From the human T2T-CHM13v2.0 reference genome, Homo sapiens: DNA of 64,000 nucleotides. The DNA lies in NCBI RefSeq assembly GCF_009914755.1, contig NC_060939.1; one strand, written 5' to 3'. Positions 41,291 to 61,823 of the stretch are shown here, piece by piece. The position numbers and the translations under genes were made by a program. The notes below the pieces were generated by a model. The model ran no database searches. It saw only the letters and a list, made by a program, of their open reading frames with translations, and had not been told where the DNA came from. Every line of letters starts with the position of its first letter. Positions within the stretch are counted from its first letter, which is position 1.

Positions 41291-41346
41291 CTTTTTTTGT
41301 TTGTTTGTTTGTTTGTTTTGAGACACAGTCTCGCTGTATTGCCTAA

Positions 41347-41496
<150 letters not shown>

Positions 41497-41554
41497 TGAG
41501 TAGCTGAGATTACAGGTGCATGCCACAACACCCAGCTAGTTTTTGTATTTTTAG

Positions 41555-42080
<526 letters not shown>

Positions 42081-43414
42081 GCCTTGGAAACGGGGAGATG
42101 GTAAGGTTGTTCAGATGCTGTTTGCCATAAATTCTAGCTACCATGCTTCTTTCATTTCCTTTATTTCTCTTTACCTTCCACAAGTCCAGTCCATCAGTGA
42201 ATAGATTGCTTCCTGTGCCTACTATATGCAGGGCCTATATCCCTTGAGATAGAAATGTGGTCTTTTTGCCCTAATATGTTCCTGATAATGAAATCAATTC
42301 AAAAGCCAGTCAATAGTTTTCCTACAATTGTTTTGTGAAGAAAGCCTGCAGTAACATTTTTGTTACAGTTTGTACACCCCAACCTCCCACCTCTCATGAT
42401 TATAACTCATATCTCAACAGATTATAAGTCATCACGTGTCATTTACCTTCAGGGTACTTGAAATAGTCACAACTCTAGGTATTAAATTGAATAATGCAAG
42501 ATCAGTTGAATGTGTTAACTACCAAATGAATAAATGAAAGTGAATACTGCCAATAGATGAAGGCTAGAAAAAAGAGGCTGCCTTCCTTAAACTTTCCTTT
42601 TCATTCTCTCTAGGTTTATTGTAACTAGCTCTAATAGTTTCATTTTGCTTACAATAGTGGTAATATATTACATTAATGACATAAAAATATAAACTTTTTT
42701 TTTTTTTTGAGACGGAGTCTCGCTCTGTTGCCCAGGCCAGAGTGCAGTGGTGCAATCTTGGCTCACTGCAACCTCCACCTCCCAGGTTCACGCCATTCTT
42801 CTGCCTCAGCCTCTCCAAGGAGCTGGGACTACAGGCGCCCGCCACCACGCCCGGCTAATTTTTTTTTTTTTTTTCTGTTTTTAGTAGAGACAGGGTTTCA
42901 CTGTGGTCTCGATTTCCTGACCTCGTGATCCGCCCGCCTCAGCCTCCCAAAGTGCTGGTATTACAAGCGTGAGCCACTGCGCCCGGCCAAAATATAAACT
43001 TTTAAAAATAAAATAGTTGAGAAATTGAAACCCGTAAACGAACATCAGACTAATGCAGCAAAAGTGACTCATCTTGGTGTTTCCTTTGACTTATAGTACA
43101 GAATTAAAATATACGGCCTAGTTTTTCTTGATTGAAATACCCTCTTGTGATTAAGAAATGTTATTCTCTTATTTTCTACTGGTTTTTTTTTTTGAACGTG
43201 TTTCTATTTTATTTTACCAACAATTTAAAACTATCTTTAGGGCCGGGTGCGGTGGCTAATGCCTGTAATTCTAGCACTTTGGGAGGCCAAGGCGGGCGAA
43301 TCACAAGGTCAAAAGATCAAGACCATCCTGGCCAACATGATGAAACCCCGTCTCTCCTAAAAATGCAAAAATCAGCTGGGTGTGGTGGTACGCGCCTGTA
43401 GTCCCACCTACTCA

Positions 43415-43561
<147 letters not shown>

Positions 43562-43746
43562 TTACCAAAGATTGCCAAATTCATATGAACTTGAAAAGCA
43601 TGCAGGCTAGTTATTTAATTTATAAGTGTTCATTTATTTATAGGTCAGTGATACCATGTAGACAATATACAAACATACATGTATACCTGTACACATAATA
43701 CAGACAGACAAAAGTAAAGACTTTATAACTTTATTTTAAAATTTTA

Positions 43747-44034
<288 letters not shown>

Positions 44035-44997
44035 TCAAAAAAAAAAATTTTTTTTTAATAAAACATAAAATTTTAGCCACGAGAAATGGCTACATTTGCT
44101 TTCTCATTTAACATTTGCTTTCTCATACCTTCCCAATAAAACTCACTAGTTTAAAAGGATAGTTGTATTCAAACTATGCCTTTGTAAATGGAAAAGGTTA
44201 AAGTTTATCTATTCCACATGACCAAAGCCCTTACTCATTTTTTTCTCTACTAGTTTCTGAAGTTTGTAGTCTGATATTTGAGATGTCTTACAGAATGTCT
44301 AGCATTCTGTTTGAAGTTTTATTGTGTTGTTTAGCGTGAATTGAAAAGCGCGTTAAATGCCTAATTAGGTGATGTGGAGCATATGAAGTTAGACCATGTG
44401 GTATATGAATTAAAGTAAAATGTATGAAAAATTACTTCATATACATGCCATACATGCTTATTACATATTTAATAGACTTTAGCTCACTTAGCCCAGAAAA
44501 GGAATTTAAATATGGAAAATAATCTGTTACAATTTTTCAAACTTGATACAACTCAAAGACTTTCAATAGCTAGTGGGTGTGTTGTTTCTTTGTGTTCTCA
44601 TGTTTAAACTATTGGGATGAAGCTATATTGTTGCTGATAATCAAATCATTTTCAGCTGGCCACCAGAGTGAAAATAATATTCAAGCGCACAATTGAATTT
44701 TGCAACAATATAAGGAAATCTAGGATCCAAAGTAAATATAATTACTTTATTACTCCCCTAGCTGGGCACAGATTTAACAGTTTTGTTACGGAGCAGCAGA
44801 ACTGTATTAAAGGTTGTAAAAAGTTGAAATGCCTCAGAGATGAAGTCTACTATTTAATTCCTGTTAATACACATCATAGGCCAGGTGTGGTGGCTCACCC
44901 CTGGAATCCCAGCACTTTGGGAGGCCGAGGCAGGCCGATCACGAGGTCAGGAGATCAAGATCATCCTGGCTAACACGGTGAAACCCCATCTCTACTA

Positions 44998-45230
<233 letters not shown>

Positions 45231-46334
45231 TCAAATGATAACTTTGCCCTCATTACTTCTTTTTTCTCTTCTTAAATATTGTCATTCCCCAAGATCACTT
45301 CTTTGACTTATAGCTGTTTTCTGTAAATATTTATTTCCTAAAATTATATTCTGATAGTTTAACCAATCACCTTGAAATTTATGAGTTTTAAATCTACATG
45401 TTTAGCCCTCACTTTGCACCTACATTCTAGATCCATATAGCTATGTGTCTATAAAACATTTTCATCTGGATGTCATACTGTAGTTCCAAATTCAGTTTAT
45501 CTAAAGCAACATTTGCTTTCTCATACCTTCCCAATTTGGGATATAGGTAGCATTAATTATAGTTTCCAGGCTAGGATTTGGAATCATCCTTTGACTCTTT
45601 CTGCTCCATTATGACATATATTCATTTTGTCATTTTCAAATGTATCTGATTCATCAGTTTCTAACATTTCCTCTGTCTTCCTAGTGTAAGTCCTCATAGC
45701 TTCTTACCTAAATAGATACTGGAGATACTGTAGGGCATAAGGCAGATCAGATTTCAGTTCTCAGGGAGCTTAAAAGAAATCTTGACTACTGGTTATTGCC
45801 TCCTACATAATGTTCAAACTCACTCTATCAAAAGGAAGCCAACTGAAGCCATGTTCAGTTGTCTCCATGTTCAGATGTTACTTTCTAGAGCAGTGTGCAA
45901 TAGCACACGTACTATCACTTCCTAATTTGTTTACTTATCTGTTTTCCTTACTAAGTTATAGGAGATGAAGATAGGATGTTATTTTTGCTTTCTGTTTTTA
46001 TTTTTGAGGCAGAGTCTCATCCTGTCACCCAGGCTGGAATGCAGTGGTATGATCATAGCTTACTGCAGCCTTAAACTCCTAGGCTGAAGCCTCCTGAGTA
46101 GCTGAGACTACAGGTGTGTGCCACCATGCCCAACTGTAGATTTATGATTTATTTTTGTATCACAGTGCATAGTGCAATACCTATCACATACATCAGTGAA
46201 CCATGGATGGATGAAAGCATTGTAGATACTTCCATTATACTTTGTCATTGGATTTAAACAGTGACCACAAGTGAATATAGGAGATTCTATATACTTTGTC
46301 ATTGGATTTAAACAATGAACACAAGTGAATATAG

Positions 46335-46662
<328 letters not shown>

Positions 46663-47475
46663 TAATTTGCTTGTTCAAACTTACTCTAACTTTCTCATAT
46701 AAATCCAGTCAAATTAATCTCTTTACTATCTTCTAAATACCCCATCTTTGTTCTTACCTGTTCTTTCAGTGCTTCTTTCTTTCCCTGTCATAGTCTAATA
46801 TAATTGTCTTCTTTTTGAACTTTCCCTTTTCTCACATTGACATGTGGCTCTTAAATGTTGAATAATTTAGCAGTCCCTTATATTGATCAGTATTATGCAT
46901 TTTTGTCTGTACCGTTATATTCATTCAATGTTTAATGCAAAGTTTGTCTGATCTCCTTAACTTGATTGGCAACTCTGTGTAAGTTGGTTCTGTGTTTTTC
47001 AACTTTTGTTGTCTGTGAAATGTTGGAAGCCCAGTATTAAAGGTTAGCTATAAATATTTCTCCAAACGTGATAATTCTGTATATATAATAGCACAGATCA
47101 CTGTTTAACAAAGGGCAATTGTGTCATTATTCATTCTTGTTGATATTTTTATTATCTGAGTATCTATGTAATTATAGTATTAAAATTTTGACTTAATTTA
47201 GGCTAGTCAGATCATCAAACACCTAAAAAAAGGAAATTTTAAATTGTTCTGTTGGAATATTATAACAGGTACAAGTGGGACATTTCTTTATTCCATGTCT
47301 GACAATATTAGTAAATGATATATATTTTTTAGTACCTTGTCTTAGCCTAATGTTTTGAGTCTTCTGTATTTCATAACTCTGATTTAAAAATGAAGGCCGA
47401 GCGTGGTGTCTCACGCCTGTAATCCCAGCACTTTGGGAGGCCGAGGCGGGCGGATCACCTGAGGTCAGGAGTTCA

Positions 47476-47714
<239 letters not shown>

Positions 47715-48019
47715 CTATATTGACATCATTTATTTTATTATTCAAAAAGAAAGATAATAAAGCCCATCAAAATGCTTGATTTATAATTAGGAGACACTGT
47801 TTTCTTACAAATAGCCTACCTATTCTCTTGTATGTTTCTTTTCTCTAACTCTATTTCATCAACTTTTCTATTTATTTATTTATTTATATATTGTACATAT
47901 CCAAGCTTATACTAGAATAGTTTTAAGATGAATTCATGCTCTTTTTCTTGGCCCCAGTTACTCCAGTTACTTCAGTCTCCTGTTGTCCCCACACCCTCCC
48001 TTCTTTTTTTTTTCTTTGA

Positions 48020-48163
<144 letters not shown>

Positions 48164-48220
48164 TAATTTTGTATTTTTAGTAGACACAGGGTTTCTCCAT
48201 GTTGGTCAGGCTGGTCTTGA

Positions 48221-48463
<243 letters not shown>

Positions 48464-49469
48464 TAGCCAGGATGGTCTTGATCTCCTGACCTTCTGATCG
48501 CCCGCCTTGGCCTCCCAAAGTGCTGGGATTACGGGCGTGAGCCACCACGCCTGGCCACACCCGCCCTTCTTTAAAAGCCTCTGTAAGTGCAATTTGTTCT
48601 TTAACGATTTTTCCTGATGGACTCTTTACCCAACAATTAGAAATACATTGGCTTGATGATGTGATGAACCATCTGTAGAATTGACCAGTACCCCCAGAAT
48701 TCTATTTGTACTTAACCTTTCTTTCCAAGCAAAGGAAGCTGTTTATTTTTTTTCCTGAGTGTTCCATTGCAATGTAAATTTTATTTATTTATTTATCTAT
48801 GTATTTATCTTCAGAGATAGAGTCTTGCTGTTGCGTAGGCTGGGGTGCAGTGGCACAATCTTAGCTCACTATAACCTCAAACTCCTGACCTCAAATGATC
48901 CTCCTGCATTAGCCTCCCAAGTAGATGAGACTACAGACCCCTGGCTAATTTTTTTTTTTTTTAAGAGACGAGGTCTCACTCTGTCACCCAGGCTGAAGTA
49001 CAGTGGCAATATCCTAACTCACTGTAGCCTTGGACTCCTGGGCTTAAGCAATCCTTCTACCTCAGCCTCCTGAGTATCTGAGACTATAGGTGTGGACCAC
49101 CATACCCAGCTAATTTTTGTATTTTTTGTAGAGATGTTACCCAGGCTGGTCTCAAACTCCTGGGCGTAAGCAGTCCTCCCACCTTGGCCTCCCAAAGTAC
49201 TGCTATGACAGGCATATGCCACTGCACCCAGCCTGCAATATAAATTTTTGAAATATATTTTTAAAAATTTAGACCTATCACAGAAAGTTGTTAAATTTCT
49301 AAGTCTTAAAGTCTTGCATTATTAGGAAGTTAATTTTATGGATTAAAATAAATCTACTTTTATGCTAAGTTAAACTTAATGTCTAAATATAGTTTTAGTT
49401 GTATTGCATTTCTAAATCAGATCCTAGTGTGCCTAACATTTTTATTTTCAATGTCTAATTGTTGAATAG

Positions 49470-49845
<376 letters not shown>

Positions 49846-50549
49846 TAATATACTGGCCTGTTATAGGTCAGTTTTCTTAAGATTCCATTGTCTTTTTAAA
49901 AATCTGTCTTAGGAAATGAGAAGAGATACACCAGAATTACTTGGGATTTTTTTTTTTTAAACCACTAGGGATTCTGATGGCTTACCTTCTTTGTCATCCC
50001 TTTTTGGAAATCCAAAATGCACACCACCATACCCAGTTAATTTTTGTATTTTTTGTAGAGAAAGGGTTTTACCATGTTTCCCAGGCTGGTCTCAAACTCT
50101 TGAGCTCAAGCAATCCACCTACCTCAGCCTCCCAAAGTTCTGGGATTACAAGTGTGGGCCACTGCACCAGGCCTAGATTTTCAAATTTTAAATATGTATC
50201 ATATCTAGTAATAAAATAATTTATTCTCCTAAAGTGTTAATTTAGTCATACTTATATTAGAGAAGTCATTGGTTATTAGGAAAACATTCCTAAAAATGGT
50301 GCCCATTTCTTTAAGAAATCATTCAAATTTTAAGTGGCAAGCACTAAAATTAACACAAAAGAGAAATTCTTAATAAAAATTACATATTTTCAGAGTCTTC
50401 CCTCTTATATACTTTTGTCTTGGATAACCTTCACAAAATGTATCCTTTTATATCCAGTACCCCAAAAGTTGCCAGCTTTCACTTGTTTACTTTCTGGTCT
50501 GCCTTCCGTATAGATTCCTTCTTTTCTTCTCTCTTTACTCTTGAATTAA

Positions 50550-50798
<249 letters not shown>

Positions 50799-50827
50799 AT
50801 TTGTGTAGAATTTCCCCCACTTATTAG

Positions 50828-51228
<401 letters not shown>

Positions 51229-53228
51229 TAAATTATTTTAATTTTTAAAAATTTTGGTTATCTTATGTGTATTATTGATACAGCTATGATTTAAAACTTA
51301 GAATCTTCAGAAATTTTAGAATTAAATTGTTTAAAATGACTCTAGACTTTACCTAAGGCAAATGCTTCTAGAAAATACACTTTTCCAATTTCTCATCTAA
51401 AAACATTTTGTTATTTCAGGTACAAATATTGCCCAGGTAGCTTTTTCGTTATAAGGAAAGCCACAAAGGGAATGGTTTTCTCCACACTGAAGATAAGATT
51501 ATTTCACCACTGACATAGCAGAGGAAGGCTATTTTTGAATTTTTTCTGAGAGGCTTAAAATTTATATTTAACAATCAATATGTGAAGAGTTTTTTTTATA
51601 TTTATTACACAGATTCAACATATTTTTCTTATTCACTGTGTTACTTCTGCTGAGCATTTAACTTAGTGAAAGTTCAGAATCTACCTGTGTGCATGCAGCC
51701 CTACCCATGCATGCATATCAGAGTGTTTTACTCTATTACAAGTTTTTAGGCTAGTTTTCTGCCTGCTTATATTGTTTAGTAGTATTTGTGGAGCTATTTC
51801 TCTTTTCTATAAAAGTTGATTGTGACCTTAGTGTGTGATACATTACATTTTTATGTGATACATGGAAATTTTTCATCATAACATGCTTTGATTTCTTCCT
51901 TAGCTGTTTTTAAAGTAATTAAATTTTTATTTAGGCTCATGACAAGCATTGTTTTTATAAAACCCAGAAGAAAATGTAGTTGTTCTAGAAAATTATATGG
52001 TTTGTAGAAAAAAGGGAAACTAGAGACTGACTTTTACCTAGGCACTGTTTTCATAGTTCATTTTAGTTTAGGAAAATTATGATTATTGGGGATAGAAAAG
52101 AGATTCATATGTGCTAGGAGTTATATAAGGTTATATTTATAAGAATTTTTCAAACACTTTTTGGTAATATTGATATTGATATAAATATAACCTTACAATA
52201 TTATGTACTTTTTCTATAATCTCATCCTTTTTTCATAAATTTTATCATTTTTTCTCATTGCTTTTGTGATTTGTTTGGATTATATTTATTTGCAATTATT
52301 TATAACGTTTTAAGGCTTTTTCATGCATGTATATCATATCACCAATTAGATTGTAAGCTCTTGGAGGGCAGGAATTTTTATTTATTTTGCCTTCCATTTT
52401 GTTTGTATCCTTTTCTACCTTTATACCCACCCCCCACAGTACTTTGCACATCACCCACCCGCCACAGTACTTTGCACATTGTCTTTAACTGATAATTGCA
52501 TGCTTTTCTCGTTGAGCATTTATTCTTATAACTGTGACTAGGGTAATAACTCTTTAACTTCTGGTATTACAAGGTTGCTTGGTTTACACTTTCAATATTC
52601 TCTAATTTTTGTAAGGGCTTTTTCATCTCATTGGATAATTTTGAGGTTTTTATTATAGTGGTTTATCTCAATCTTTGTTGTCAATCATTTCTTATATCTT
52701 AAAGGTGATAATTGTCAGAAAATTTTGATTTAATATTTGTATGGATTTCAATCTATTGTAAGTAGATTTATTTTCAGTGCCTTCTCTCTCCCTTTCTTGT
52801 ACTCTTCTCCTTCTTCCTCCCCTGGTTCTTACTGCCACCTTCTACTTCAAGTCCCCAAGACCCTCATGTTGCCCTCCCATTCCTTTCACAAGAAAATAAA
52901 TTCACCGATACTAAGGAATATAAGGAAATGACAAAAGATGATGTCCTCAGTGAAGTAGAGAAGGGGCTGTTACATTTTTGGATTTCCCTATTTGCAAGTT
53001 AATCTTACGTGAGCTGAGTGTTGCCATTTAACATTTCTTGTCTCATTCTGGCATTCTCTAGATGATAGTGGCAGGATAGGGCACCTACAAAGGGGACCAA
53101 GAACAAAAAGATGCAGGAACATCAGCTCCAACAAATAAAGAGGGATAAGTTTGGGTGAACTGACTAAAAAGGAATACTGAGGAGACCTAAATAATTGTTA
53201 ACATGTTTCCAGGGATCCTTTTTTTTAA

Positions 53229-53426
<198 letters not shown>

Positions 53427-53487
53427 TGAGTAGCTGAGACTACAGCCGTGCACCACCACGTCCAGCTAAGTTTTGTATTTTTAGTAG

Positions 53488-53724
<237 letters not shown>

Positions 53725-54709
53725 TAATGGTTGGGTTCCCAGTATGGTTTGCACTTGTAGCCAAAGCAGGCAGAACATAGAGTAGAAAAAAACATTAGTC
53801 AGCCAGGCGCAGTGGCTCACACCTGTAATCCCAGAACTTTGGGAGGCCAAGGCAGGCGGATCACCTGAGGTCAGGATTTCGAGACCAGCCTGGCCAACCT
53901 CTCTACTAAAAAATACAAAAATTAGCTGGGTGTGGTGGCAGGCGCCTGTAGTCCCAGCTACTTGGGAGGCTGAGGCAGGAGAATTGCTTGAACCCGGGAG
54001 GCAGACGTGTGGTAAGCCGAGATTGCACCATTGCACTCCAGCCTAGGTAGCAGAACGAGACTCTGTCTCAAAAAAAGAAAGAAAAAAAGAAAAAAACATT
54101 AGTCTAGAATCAAGAGATAGTCTGTGTATTGCTTTTCAAGTCACTTAAACTCTCTGGGCCACAATTTCTTCATCTGTATGAAGACTGCTGAATTAGAATA
54201 AATGATCTTTCTCAGTTTTAAAATTCTGTGGCCACATTCAAGTTGGAATCATTATATATAACACAAGTATTATGAGAAAATATGTTTCAGATTTCAGGAT
54301 GTCTGAAACAGATCTATTCCCAAATCCATGAAAGAAAGTAGAAACTTTATTGCCACTATTGTGACTCTACAGTGAAAGATAACAAAAAATGAAGCACACA
54401 CTTAATGCTCAATCAATAGGGGCTCTTCTCTGCTCTCTAGTAGTAGGAGTAGTTTCTTAAGTTGTGAGGTCCCTAGGATTAGAGATTCCAGCTGCAGGAT
54501 AAGATTCTGGCTTCACCTAAATATACTTTGGCTTTGGTCTCCAAAATTGTGTATTATGAATTGAGGCTTTGGCAGCATATCTGCCAGTAGGGAGCTGAAG
54601 CATTCCAGCCTTTTATCTGATACCTGTTCATTTCATATTAATCATTGGGGTCAGCACTACTTGTAGAGTGTTTTGTAGAATTGAGGCCTATTTTTCCTGT
54701 GTTTACAAT

Positions 54710-55049
<340 letters not shown>

Positions 55050-55316
55050 TGATCCTCCCACCTCAGCCTCCTGAGTATCTGGGACTACAGGCATGCACCA
55101 CCACGGCTGGCTAGTTTTTTGTATTTTTTGTAGTGGCAGGATTTAGCCATGTTTCCCATGTTTCCCAGGCTGGTCTTAAACTCCTGGACTCAAGCAATCA
55201 GGCCACCTCGGTCTCCCAAAGTGTTCGGATTATAGGCATGAGCCGCTGCACCTGGCTCCTCACTGGCTTTTTGCCCCGAATTCTTGCTTTTTTTTTAAAT
55301 TTTTTTTATTTTCTAA

Positions 55317-55652
<336 letters not shown>

Positions 55653-56378
55653 TGAACTCCTGACCTCATGATCTGCCCGCCTCAGCCTCCCAAAGTGCTG
55701 GGATTACGGCGTGAGCAACCACACCCAGCCATGGTAGCGCTTTCTTTAATGGAGGTGGCCTTTCTTGACTTCAGAGGGAATTTAGGAATTATTTAATAAA
55801 CTATGGATATCTTTAAAATATTCCTTTAATATTCATTTTACCTTGATGAACTATTTAAAATTTTGCTGCTTCCTAAAAGGAACTAAAATATTAGTTCTTA
55901 TAATTATATTTAGTGGTTATCTGTTATTCTACATTAGATTTGGTTAGGTGATTTCATAATCATGTACTACTGCTTTACAGATAAATGCAAAGAGGTTGTT
56001 GGTAGAAACTTGAATTCTGGGTAGAATAGCTACACTGAATATGAACTCCAGTTAATTTAAAAGTCCTATGAAATTCTGAAAACAATGTGAAGATACCATA
56101 TTAAAACTTTGCTAACAGGTATAAATTAACAAAAAAATACTTCATATTTATTGAGGACATTGCAAGTAATGACTGCCTTCATGTATATTATTTTGAGGTA
56201 GGAAACACAGTTGTTATCTCTATTTTCCTGAGAAGATAATTACAGGTCCAAATAATTTTAGGAACTAGATCATGTTTGTTAAGTACGTGAGCTGGGAGTA
56301 CATTTGTTTTTCTGTTCCTAGACATTTGCTCTTATCCTGATTTCGCTTTTTATTTGTTCACTTAAAAATTCCAAAAAG

Positions 56379-57664
<1,286 letters not shown>

Positions 57665-57956
57665 CTAGAAAATTATCCACTGCTACATGATGATTAAGTC
57701 TTATCTTAATTTAATCATTATATTAAAGTCCTAAAAGATGTGTTTATAGCCATAAGGTGAGGTTCTATAATGTGGATCCTAAGGAGAGCTTTCTGGAGAG
57801 GTACCCGTGATTATTTTCCCTTTTAAAAACAAAGATAGGCTGGGCGCGGTGTCTCATGCCTGTAATCCCAGCACTTTGGGAGGCCGAGGCGGGCGGATTA
57901 CGAGGTCAGAAGTTCGAGACCATCCTGGCTAACACGGTGAAACCCCGTCTCTACTA

Positions 57957-58109
<153 letters not shown>

Positions 58110-58693
58110 TCAAAAATATATACATAATTTTTTTTAAGTAAAGAGTTCATTGATAATTGATTAGCATGTATATAAAGTAAAAGTGTGAAATGGATATAAT
58201 TTCAGGCTTTAACACATATTAAGACAGATTTGGGATTATCATACCTAGTGGATTATACTATTTAAAGATAGATCATTTGTTAAGAATATGGGGTAGGCTG
58301 GGTGCAGTGGTCACAGCTGTAATTCCAGCACTTCGGGAGGCTAAGGTGGGCAGATCGCTTGAACCCAGGAGTTAAAGGCCAGCCTGGGCAACATGGTGAA
58401 ACCCTGTCTCTACAAAAAAAAAAAAAAGGAAAAATTAGCTGGGCATGTGGTGTGTGCCTGTAGTCCTAGCTACTCAGAAAGTTGAAGTGGGAGGATCCCT
58501 TGAGCCCTGGGAAGTTGAGGCTGCAGTGAGCCGAGATTGTGCCACTGTACTCCAACCTGAGTGATGGGACTGAGACCCTGTATCAAAAAAAAAAAAAAAA
58601 AAAAGGTGCAAAATGGTTACCTGAAATTCTAGAAATGAAAATTTCTGTAAGTTTAACAGGAAAGTTGTTGAAAAAGAAAGTTGGTTTGTTTGA

Positions 58694-58939
<246 letters not shown>

Positions 58940-60442
58940 TGATCTGCCTGCCTCTGCCTCCCAAAGTGCTGGGATTGCAAGCTTGGACAACCATGCCTGG
59001 CCTGTTTTGCATTTTTGAAAGAAGAAAGTTTTAGAGTGTTAAAACCTCTCATACCTAAAGTAATAGTTTTTAGAAAACTATAGTATACATATGAATTTAG
59101 ATTCCAATGTATGACTTTCTTTAAATTATATTAACAAAAATTAAGCTATTGGGTAATAGTATGTGACCCAGAATGTAAGAAAAGTGATTTTTTAAGTCTG
59201 CAGAGAAGCCAAAAGATATCATAAAAATCCATGTACTCTACGCCAGGCGCGGTGGCTTATGCCTGTAATCCCAGTACTTTGGGTGGCTGAGGCAGGTAGA
59301 TCACAAGGCCAGGAGTTTGAGACCGGCCTGGCCAACATGGTGAAACTAAAAATACAAAAATTAGCTGGGTGCGGTGGCAAGCGCCTTTAGTCCCAGCCAC
59401 TCAGGAGGCTGAGGCAGGAGATTCCCTTGAACCCAGGAGACAGAGGTTGCATTGAGCTGAGATCATGCAACTGCACTCCAGCCTGGGCGACAGAATGAGA
59501 CTGCATCTCAAAAAAAAAAAAAAAAAAAATCCATGTACTCCAAAGGGACTCTCCAAGGCTCTCATCAAAATACTTTTCATTCTTGTTCTAATATAATTTT
59601 AATACTCTTGGCTGAGGCCGGTGGATCACTTGAGCCCAGGAGTTCCAGACTAGCCTGGGCAAATGGCAAAACCCTGTCTTTACAAAAAATACAAAATGTA
59701 GCCTGGTGTGGTGGCGTGCACCTGTGGTCCCAGCTACCTGGGAGGTTGAGGTGGGAGGATTACTTGAGGCCGGGAGGTTGAGACTGCAAGTGAGCCATGA
59801 TAATACCACTACACTTGAGCCTGGCCAACAGAGCAAGATTCTGTCTCAGAAAAACAAACAAACAAACAAACAAAAAAACCTCTTCAGCAGTCTCATTTCA
59901 AAACCTGTAATTTGCAGCAAAATTAGAAAAGAAGGATTGCTATTGGCAGGTAAATTGACAAGAAGGCAAAGTGATCACAACTCATAGCCAAGAAAGAGCC
60001 AGAAAAATCTGTAATAGCCAAATAAATCAAACTCCATAGCACTATTTGGAGTAATTTAATACAGCCACTCAAAGAGGCTTTGAGGATTTTAGTAACAGTA
60101 ATCTTTTTTTTCTGTTTAGTTAAGAAAAGGTTAAACTTTGGTTGTTATACCCCATTTAGGAAGCCAAGAGGAAGCTACTTTTGCAGAGACGTAAAGAAAT
60201 TCACTAAAATGTTAAATGTTGGGATTATGAGTGACTTTTATTTTTCTGTCTTTTATAATTTTAAAAATACTAATATTGGATACTTTTATAATTTAGAAAA
60301 AAAAATTGATGTTTAAAAGCCTGAAAATGTGTACAGAAATGTTTCTACCAAAGCTTTAATTTAAAGGACTAAATATCATCTATATAGAAATAATATATTT
60401 AGGCTGGGCACTGTGGCTCACGCCTGTAATCCCAGCACTTTA

Positions 60443-60718
<276 letters not shown>

Positions 60719-60994
60719 TTAACTCCTCAATATTTGTGCGTTCCTAAAGTTTTACTAGTTATGTCTATCTGGCTCTATTTCTGTTTGTCTGTCATCTATG
60801 TCTATTTTCTAAAGATTTGTTAAAATTAATCTTGCAAAATAGTTCCACATACTTTTCACTCTTTAGCCAAGCAACTAAGAAATAGAACACTATTTGTACT
60901 AGGTGTAAAATAACAAGCAGGAAACTACCTTAAGGCTATGAAAAACTGAGACATTAATTGGATTTCTGCAGTGATTTAAAAAATAATATGTTGA

Positions 60995-61087
<93 letters not shown>

Positions 61088-61488
61088 GTCCTAAAGGAAT
61101 GCTTCAGAAAACCTAAAGTGCTGTAAAATGAAATCATTCTACTTTGTCCTTTCTGACTTTTGTTGTAAAGACGAATTGTATCAGTTGTAAAGATACATTG
61201 AGATAGAATTAAGGAAAAACTTTAATGAAGGAATGTACCCATGTACATATGTGAACTTTTTCATATTGTATTATCAAGGTATAGACTTTTTTGGTTATGA
61301 TACAGTTAAGCCAAAAACAGCTAATCTTTGCATCTAAAGCAAACTAATGTATATTTCACATTTTATTGAGCCGACTTATTTCCACAAATAGATAAACAGG
61401 ACAAAATAGTTGTACAGGTTATATGTGGCATAGCATAACCACAGTAAGAACAGAACAGATATTCAGCAGAAAACTTTTTATACTCTAA

Positions 61489-61823
<335 letters not shown>

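Noticed and set aside
52434-52480. Short local duplications (ccacagtactttgcacat twice; similar ones near 30035 and 35595)
   Set aside because: Only two or three short copies each; ordinary slippage with no sign of function.
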